Translations under genes and position numbers: made by a program
Notes under the pieces: model-generated
What the model was told of the DNA's origin: nothing
Seen by the model: only the letters and a program-made list of their open reading frames with translations
Database searches by the model: none
Shown here: piece by piece, positions 25,531 through 32,000 of the stretch
Layout: the number at the start of each line of letters is the position of its first letter
How positions within the stretch are numbered: position 1 is the first letter of the stretch
Source: Mycobacterium tuberculosis H37Rv
GTDB lineage: Bacteria; Actinomycetota; Actinomycetes; Mycobacteriales; Mycobacteriaceae
Direction of reading: 5' to 3'
Assembly: GCF_000195955.2 (NCBI RefSeq)
Contig: NC_000962.3
Span: 960,001-992,000, forward strand
DNA length: 32,000 bases

Positions 25531-25971
25531 TGACATGGCGGCTTGGATCTCATCCATGTTGACCTCGCGCACCGGCTGGCCCAGCGACCAGTGGTGGCCG
25601 AACGGGTCGGCGACCACCCCGTAGCGGTCTCCCCAGAGCTGGTCCTCCAAGGCGGTCACCACCGTGGCGCCCGCGTTCAGGGCACGCTGGAACTTGGCGT
25701 CGACATCGGTGACGGTCAAATGAATGGTGACCGGTGTTCCGCCCAGCGAGGTGGGCGTCATCGACTTGCCGCCGCACATCTGCGGGACGTCGTCGTTGAG
25801 CATCACCGTAAAGCCGTTGATGCGTAGTGCGGCGTGGATCAGTTTGCCATCGGGACCGGGGACGCGCCCCAGTTCGACGGCGTCAAAGGCCTTGACGTAG
25901 AAGTCGATCGCCGAGGCAGCGTCGTCGACGACAAGGTGTGGTGACAGAGCGGGTTCGACGTTGATCGCCAT
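25513..25971 (-). CDS. Glyoxalase/VOC (PhnB-like) protein (Rv0887c)
   Basis: 152 aa from ATG 25971; LSPHLVVDDAASAIDFYVKAFDAVELGRVPGPDGKLIHAALRINGFTVMLND; overlaps the fprB end by 18 bp. Confidence 0.9.
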   Translation of the reverse strand: MAINVEPALSPHLVVDDAASAIDFYVKAFDAVELGRVPGPDGKLIHAALRINGFTVMLNDDVPQMCGGKSMTPTSLGGTPVTIHLTVTDVDAKFQRALNAGATVVTALEDQLWGDRYGVVADPFGHHWSLGQPVREVNMDEIQAAMSSQGDG

Positions 25972-27150
25972 GGTGTCTCCTTGTTGTTGGTGTGCTCGGC
26001 CAATCCGGGGCCCGGACAGGCTCACGGATATTGACTCCCGGCGCGATGGAAAATCATCGCGGTGCCGTCATTCAATCGCCGGACACGTGGCCACCGCCCA
26101 GCGGTGTGGCCAGCAAGCCGAATCTCAACCGCAGGTGTGTTCAATGAATACTTTTCCGTCACAACGTGATTGCTGCTTTGTGTCGACAAGCGCACTTTTC
26201 GGTCTCGACACGAATGCTCTTCCGTTACAGCGCAAGTTGAAACTTTCTGCACGCAACCCATGCCGACCATGTCCGCGCCACCCGCTCAAGCGCCGGTATG
26301 TGGCGCCTTGGCGGCTAGGCCAACCGCCCCCGGCAACGCCAGCTGCACACGCCCAGCGAAGCGCGATTGTCGGTACGGGTCGCGCTGCGAAACCTGCCTC
26401 CCATTCGCACTAGCAAAAGACTGTCGACAAGCGAGCAGTCGACTTCAGGCCGCGACCGAACCGGACGAGACGACAACAACATCTGTCATCTCAATGCGCT
26501 CACCAGGATCGCTACAATATCAGCCAGCTACATGAGCCGATGTATATCCAGGAAGGCTCTGCCGCCGACATGTTGGATCGCTCGCGCGGACAGCTGTACC
26601 GGCTCTACCTGGCTAGTAGGTGAATTCAATGGCGCGTTCGCTCATTACTCACCCATGTGCACAATAGGTTCGCGTGCGGCTCGCCGGCAACGTTGGCAAC
26701 ATCCCGATTCCCATTGATTGCACGTTGCGCGGCCTAACCCAATATTCCCGGACGAACAACGCCGAGGTCGTGCAGAGCGTCGAGACACACCACCGTCCCG
26801 CTAACTTTGATGCCCTCACCTGAGGAAAACCACAGGAGCGTCAGGTACTCACCCACTGCGGGAATTGCGATGACGTTCAAACCGATCGAGGCCGCGCAGC
26901 TACGCCAGCGCGCAGTGAACAGGCCGTAACTGGACCGCGCTTGCGCAACGTTCGAAAAGGGATCCGGTGGAGCGGCCCGACGACACCAAATAGGCCATAT
27001 CCCCCAAAGACTGGTATTGACAACCGTTCTGATGCCGCGTCAGACTTCCCACCACGCCACGGACCGTCCAACGCCAGAACTCAATACCGTCTCGTCCCAG
27101 GCGAAACCGTGAGCCTAGCCGATGATCTCCTGGCATTGGTCGGACTGGAC

Positions 27151-27178
27151 TTGATCTGCTCGCTGACAAGCATACGTA
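27151..27178 (+). promoter_or_regulatory. Candidate sigma-A-like promoter for Rv0888 (ttgatc - 16 bp - tacgta)
   Basis: TTGATC at 27151, TACGTA at 27173; about 55 bp upstream of the ATG at 27233, with an AAGGAG ribosome binding site. Confidence 0.3.
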
Positions 27179-27232
27179 TCAGTGCTACGAACCGTTCACG
27201 CGGTGAACCTGCTGGGCGCACAAGGAGAATCG

Positions 27233-28705
27233 ATGGATTACGCCAAACGCATCGGCCAGGTTGGGGCGTTAGCCGTTGTCCTGGGGGTGGGGGCGGCGGT
27301 GACTACCCACGCGATCGGCTCTGCCGCGCCGACGGATCCGAGCTCCTCGAGCACCGATTCGCCGGTCGACGCGTGCTCGCCGTTGGGTGGGTCCGCCAGT
27401 TCGTTGGCTGCGATACCGGGCGCCAGTGTGCCACAGGTCGGCGTGCGACAGGTAGACCCCGGAAGCATCCCCGATGACTTGCTCAATGCCCTGATCGACT
27501 TTCTGGCCGCGGTACGCAACGGGTTGGTGCCCATCATCGAAAACCGCACTCCGGTAGCGAATCCGCAACAAGTCAGCGTCCCTGAGGGGGGCACCGTCGG
27601 CCCGGTCCGGTTTGACGCCTGCGACCCCGATGGCAACCGGATGACCTTCGCGGTGCGCGAGCGCGGTGCACCCGGTGGACCCCAGCATGGCATCGTGACC
27701 GTCGACCAACGAACGGCCAGCTTCATCTACACAGCCGATCCGGGTTTCGTTGGCACCGATACCTTCAGTGTGAACGTCAGCGATGACACCAGCCTGCACG
27801 TGCACGGTCTGGCGGGATACCTGGGTCCGTTCCATGGGCACGACGACGTCGCCACCGTGACCGTGTTCGTCGGCAACACCCCGACCGACACCATCAGCGG
27901 CGACTTCAGCATGCTCACCTACAACATCGCGGGGCTGCCCTTCCCGCTATCCAGCGCAATTCTGCCCCGGTTCTTCTACACCAAAGAGATTGGGAAGCGG
28001 CTCAACGCCTACTACGTCGCGAACGTCCAGGAGGATTTCGCCTACCACCAATTCCTCATCAAGAAATCCAAGATGCCCAGCCAGACCCCGCCGGAGCCGC
28101 CTACCTTGCTGTGGCCTATCGGTGTGCCCTTCTCCGACGGGCTCAATACCCTCTCGGAGTTCAAGGTGCAGCGGCTGGACCGGCAGACATGGTATGAGTG
28201 CACATCCGACAACTGCCTCACCTTGAAGGGCTTCACCTACAGCCAGATGCGGCTTCCCGGCGGTGACACGGTCGACGTCTACAACTTACATACCAACACC
28301 GGTGGAGGGCCGACCACCAACGCCAACCTCGCGCAGGTCGCCAACTACATCCAGCAGAACTCGGCGGGCCGCGCGGTCATCGTCACCGGCGACTTCAACG
28401 CGCGGTACTCCGACGACCAAAGCGCTCTGTTGCAATTTGCGCAGGTCAACGGGCTCACCGATGCCTGGGTGCAGGTAGAACACGGCCCCACCACACCGCC
28501 GTTCGCGCCCACTTGCATGGTCGGCAACGAGTGCGAGCTGCTCGACAAGATCTTCTATCGAAGCGGCCAGGGAGTGACGTTGCAGGCCGTCAGCTACGGC
28601 AACGAGGCGCCGAAATTCTTCAATTCCAAGGGTGAGCCACTGTCGGATCACAGCCCGGCGGTGGTCGGCTTCCACTACGTCGCGGACAACGTGGCCGTAC
28701 GGTGA
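27233..28705 (+). CDS. spmT: Secreted/outer-membrane-associated sphingomyelinase/nuclease with EEP (DNase I-like) domain (Rv0888)
   Basis: 490 aa; signal-like N-terminus, cadherin/Ig-like segment (DPDGNRMTFAV...GIVTVDQRTASFIYTADPGFVGTDTFSVNVSD), then EEP motifs (MLTYNIAGLPF, VITGDFNARYSD, LSDHSPAVVGFHY). Confidence 0.9.
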   Translation: MDYAKRIGQVGALAVVLGVGAAVTTHAIGSAAPTDPSSSSTDSPVDACSPLGGSASSLAAIPGASVPQVGVRQVDPGSIPDDLLNALIDFLAAVRNGLVPIIENRTPVANPQQVSVPEGGTVGPVRFDACDPDGNRMTFAVRERGAPGGPQHGIVTVDQRTASFIYTADPGFVGTDTFSVNVSDDTSLHVHGLAGYLGPFHGHDDVATVTVFVGNTPTDTISGDFSMLTYNIAGLPFPLSSAILPRFFYTKEIGKRLNAYYVANVQEDFAYHQFLIKKSKMPSQTPPEPPTLLWPIGVPFSDGLNTLSEFKVQRLDRQTWYECTSDNCLTLKGFTYSQMRLPGGDTVDVYNLHTNTGGGPTTNANLAQVANYIQQNSAGRAVIVTGDFNARYSDDQSALLQFAQVNGLTDAWVQVEHGPTTPPFAPTCMVGNECELLDKIFYRSGQGVTLQAVSYGNEAPKFFNSKGEPLSDHSPAVVGFHYVADNVAVR

Positions 28706-28739
28706 CAGCGGTTGATCGCCAACTGGTTTGCCGTCGGCC

Positions 28740-29861
28740 TCAGGCGGTGGTGAGTACCCGCTCCCAGCCGTCGACCGATTCCGGGCTGCGCGGGCCCGGT
28801 CCCACGTAAATGGCCGACGGGCGGACCAGCTTGCCGAGTCGCTTCTGCTCGAGAATGTGGGCACACCAGCCGGCAGTGCGCCCACAGGTGAACATTGCTG
28901 GCATCATGTTGGCCGGTACCCGGGCAAAGTCCAGGACCACTGCGGCCCAGAATTCGACATTGGTCTCGATCGCCCGATCCGGACGGCGCTCTCGCAGTTC
29001 TGACAGCGCAGCCTGCTCCACCGCGACCGCGACCTCGTAGCGGGGGGCGCCCAGCCGCTCGGCGGCCGCCCGCAGCACCCGCGCCCGCGGGTCCTCGGCG
29101 CGGTAGACCCGGTGCCCGAACCCCATCAGTTTCTCGCCGCGGTCCAGGATTCCCTTGACCACGCTGCGGGCATCGCCGGCGCGTTCGACCTCGTCGAGCA
29201 TCGGCAGGACGCGCGCCGGCGCGCCACCATGCAGCGGTCCGCTCATCGCCCCGATTGCGCCCGACAGCGCTGCTGCCACATCCGCCCCAGTTGAGGCGAT
29301 CACACGCGCGGTGAATGTCGAAGCGTTCATGCCGTGCTCGGCGGCCGACACCCAGTAGGCGTCAATGGCCTCGATGTGTCTGGGGTCTGGCTCGCCCTGC
29401 CAGCGCGTCATGAAACGTGCTGTGACCGTCGAGCATTCATCGATGATTCGCTGCGGGACCGCCGGCTGGTAGATGCCCCGTGCGGATTGCGCGACATAGG
29501 ACAGCGCCATCACCGATGCCCGGGCCAGCTGTTGGCGGGCGGTGGCGTCGTCGATGTCGAGCAGCGGCGCATATCCCCAGATGGGCGCCAGCATCGCCAG
29601 GCCGGCCTGGACGTCGACGCGCACATCGCCGGAGTGAATCGGCAGCGGGAACGGTTCAGCCGGCGGCAGCCCGCTGCCGAAGTTGCCGTCCACCAGCAGC
29701 GCCCACACATCGCCGAAGGTGACCCGCTGACTTACCAGGTCTTCGATGTCGACGCCACGGTAGCGCAGGGCCCCGCCGTCTTTGTCCGGCTCGGCGATCT
29801 CGGTCGTAAAGGCCACCACGCCGTCGAGGCCGGGGACGAAATTCTCCGGGACCACTGTCAT
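28740..29861 (-). CDS. citA: Citrate synthase II (Rv0889c)
   Basis: 373 aa from ATG 29861; GLDGVVAFTTEIAEPDKDGGALRYRGVDIEDLV, GPLHGGAPARVL, MGFGHRVYRAEDPRA. Confidence 0.95.
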   Translation of the reverse strand: MTVVPENFVPGLDGVVAFTTEIAEPDKDGGALRYRGVDIEDLVSQRVTFGDVWALLVDGNFGSGLPPAEPFPLPIHSGDVRVDVQAGLAMLAPIWGYAPLLDIDDATARQQLARASVMALSYVAQSARGIYQPAVPQRIIDECSTVTARFMTRWQGEPDPRHIEAIDAYWVSAAEHGMNASTFTARVIASTGADVAAALSGAIGAMSGPLHGGAPARVLPMLDEVERAGDARSVVKGILDRGEKLMGFGHRVYRAEDPRARVLRAAAERLGAPRYEVAVAVEQAALSELRERRPDRAIETNVEFWAAVVLDFARVPANMMPAMFTCGRTAGWCAHILEQKRLGKLVRPSAIYVGPGPRSPESVDGWERVLTTA

Positions 29862-29947
29862 ACGAGAATTCTCACACCTGGCCCCGGCAACGACGCTACC
29901 GGCTGGTGCCAATCACGGTGCCGGCGATGAGCGTGCCGCGAGAATCG

Positions 29948-32000
29948 TCACGAGGGTGAGCCGCGGCGTGCCGCCTCGTCTACCAGTTGTACTCGGGAGG
30001 GCAAGCCAAGTTTGGCGTAGACGTGGGTGAGGTGGGTTTGCACAGTGCGCGGCGAGACGAAAAGCCGTTTTGCAATGTCCTTGTTGGATAACCCCTCGCT
30101 GACCAACCGCACGACGTCGCGTTCGGTCGGGGTCAACGAGCCCCACCCGCGGGCCGGTCGCTTGCGTTCACCGCGACCGCGTTGTGCATATGCGATCGCC
30201 TCGTCGGTGGACAAGGCGGCCCCCTCGGCCCAGGCGCGGTCGAAATCCTCATCACCCATCGCCTCACGAAGCGCCGTCACCGAGGCCTGGTAGCCGGCAT
30301 CCCAAATCTTGAAGCGGACCTGACGTGTCTGTTGCCGAAGGGCGGCTGCGGCACCGAGAAGGCGGACACCTTCGGAGTGACTGCCGACCTCGCCGGCCAG
30401 GCCGGCGAGGAGTTCCATGGCATCTGGCATGCCCTGGTAGATGTGCAGCTCGGCGCCGCACGCCAGCGCAGCATGAGCATCATCGCGCGCCAGTTCTGGT
30501 TCGCCCCGTGCGGTGGCTACGCGCGCGCGTATTGTCAACGCCACCATTCGGTGCCACCCATTGGTCGCATCGACGGCGTCGTTGGCGAACTGTCGTGCGG
30601 CGATCGCATCACCTCCTGCCAGGGCTAACTGCGCCATCAGGACCTGGTGCATGGTCACCTGGTCGGGCTGGGCCCTAAGAATCGGCCGCGCCGCGTCGCT
30701 GGCCTCGAGCGCTGCCGTGACATCACCGGCGGCCAGCGCGGCGTACGTCATCGCCGCATAACCAATGCCTTGGTACACACCGCCTAACTCCGTCGCGGCT
30801 GCAATGCACGCCCCGGCTATGGCGTGGGCCGCGCTGGCGCCGCAATACGCCAGCACCTGGGCTTGGGTATATAGGCCGAGAACCTTTGTCGGCACATCGT
30901 TGGATGCCTCGGCCTCGGCAGTGATTTCCCTGGATAGCTCGAGGGCTTCGGTCAGATTGCCAGCCCACATCTGCGCCAAACTAAGCCACAAGCTGCAGTG
31001 ACGTGAGACGAACCGGTCGCCGATGGTGTCGGCCAGGTCGCGGCATTCTTCTGCCGCGGCTCGCAAAGCATTCGGGTCACCTGATATGCAGGTCCCCACC
31101 CCCCGCCAGTAGAGGATTTGACACAGCGTCCATTTGTCGTCAATAGCGCGTGCCAGGTCGGTCGCTTCGGCGAAATAGGGCGCAGCGGCCTCCGCGTTGT
31201 AGCCACTGCTACAGCCGCAGGCGGTGAGCGCCCGCACCAACGCGGCGGGGTCGCCCACCTCACGTGCCATCGCCAGCGCTTGTTGTGCGGGAGCGATGAT
31301 GTCGGTGGCGCCTACCGGACTGGTGGCCAGCCAGGTACTGAGCATTGCCTTGTCAGCGAGCGCTCGCGCCCGTACTGCTGTTGACACAGCGAGCCGGTGG
31401 AACCTTTGGTCTTCCAGGATCGAGTTGAACCAGGACAACCCCTCGCGCAGGTGCGCCCGCCCGAACCAGATTGGTTGCAGCGAAGATGCGAGCTGTAACG
31501 CTTCGGTGATATGGCCATTTTCCCGGCTCCAGGCGAACGCGGCGCGCAGGTTGTCGATCTCGGTCTCAGCCCGGGCGACAAGCCGTTGGTGATCGTTGTC
31601 CGCAGGAGTGTTGAGTGAGGCGGCCAGCGCCGTGTAGTAGTCACGGTGACGTGCGTGCACATCGGCCTCGCCGGAGTCGCCCAGTTTTTCCAGCGCGTAC
31701 CGACGCACCGTTTCCAGCAGCCGGTACCGCGTGCGGCCCTGGCAGTCGTCGGCCACCACCAGCGACTTGTCTACCAGCAGGGTCAGCTGATCAAGCACCG
31801 AAAACGGATCCAGGTCGCTACCGGCGGCGACCGCCCGCACCGCGGCGAGGTCGAACCCGCCGACAAATGGCGCCAGTCGCCGAAACAAGATTTGCTCGGT
31901 CTCGGTCAGCAGTGCATGCGACCAATCGATCGAGGCGCGAAGTGTCTGCTGGCGCTGCACCGCGCCCCGCACACCGCCGGCCAACAGCCGGAAACAGTCG
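29948..32000 (-). CDS. LuxR-family regulator (Rv0890c), N-terminal part beyond the window
   Basis: C-terminal LuxR HTH (LTPTERDVVRLVSEGLSNKDIAKRLFVSPRTVQTHLTHVYAKLGLPSRVQLV); frame open at the window edge. Confidence 0.93.
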   Translation of the reverse strand, partial: DCFRLLAGGVRGAVQRQQTLRASIDWSHALLTETEQILFRRLAPFVGGFDLAAVRAVAAGSDLDPFSVLDQLTLLVDKSLVVADDCQGRTRYRLLETVRRYALEKLGDSGEADVHARHRDYYTALAASLNTPADNDHQRLVARAETEIDNLRAAFAWSRENGHITEALQLASSLQPIWFGRAHLREGLSWFNSILEDQRFHRLAVSTAVRARALADKAMLSTWLATSPVGATDIIAPAQQALAMAREVGDPAALVRALTACGCSSGYNAEAAAPYFAEATDLARAIDDKWTLCQILYWRGVGTCISGDPNALRAAAEECRDLADTIGDRFVSRHCSLWLSLAQMWAGNLTEALELSREITAEAEASNDVPTKVLGLYTQAQVLAYCGASAAHAIAGACIAAATELGGVYQGIGYAAMTYAALAAGDVTAALEASDAARPILRAQPDQVTMHQVLMAQLALAGGDAIAARQFANDAVDATNGWHRMVALTIRARVATARGEPELARDDAHAALACGAELHIYQGMPDAMELLAGLAGEVGSHSEGVRLLGAAAALRQQTRQVRFKIWDAGYQASVTALREAMGDEDFDRAWAEGAALSTDEAIAYAQRGRGERKRPARGWGSLTPTERDVVRLVSEGLSNKDIAKRLFVSPRTVQTHLTHVYAKLGLPSRVQLVDEAARRGSPS

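Noticed and set aside
26170-26717. Plus-strand ORFs of 121 and 116 aa and minus-strand ORF of 82 aa in the gap before Rv0888
   Set aside because: No recognisable family, ribosome binding site or coding-like composition; not reported as genes, though the gap itself is flagged.

Overview
The window matches a Mycobacterium tuberculosis-complex chromosome segment. Gene order, protein sequences and ORF coordinates fit my recollection of H37Rv Rv0861c to Rv0890c, with window position 1 near genome position 960,001; this comes from memory, not a database search. It is ordinary, gene-dense core chromosome: no phage, IS element, CRISPR array, toxin-antitoxin pair or rRNA was recognised, and I found no convincing undescribed defence or other novel system. 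Contents in order: 5' end of ercC3/xpB; a 53-bp tandem repeat (MIRU10-type VNTR); an XPB/Ssl2 N-domain-like protein; moaC2-mog-moaE2; rpfA with a ydaO-type (c-di-AMP) riboswitch leader; moaD2-moaA2; cspB; PE_PGRS15; fadE10; a FIST-domain protein; an MFS protein; PPE13; a MarR regulator; an SpoU/TrmH methyltransferase; sepH; serC; an AurF-like diiron protein next to fprB; a VOC protein; a secreted EEP phosphodiesterase/nuclease (Rv0888); citA; and a LuxR-type regulator truncated by the window edge. Items most worth a second look: (1) an apparent frameshift in the PPE13 MPTR region, followed by a T8/G9 homopolymer pair that determines the C-terminus; (2) the AurF-like oxygenase/FprB pair behind a perfect CRP-type palindrome in the serC/Rv0885 divergent promoter, with a second inverted repeat over the predicted start site; (3) the 1.26-kb unexplained intergenic region upstream of Rv0888; (4) the rpfA leader combining a CRP-like site and a riboswitch; (5) the 120-bp tandem repeats inside rpfA.
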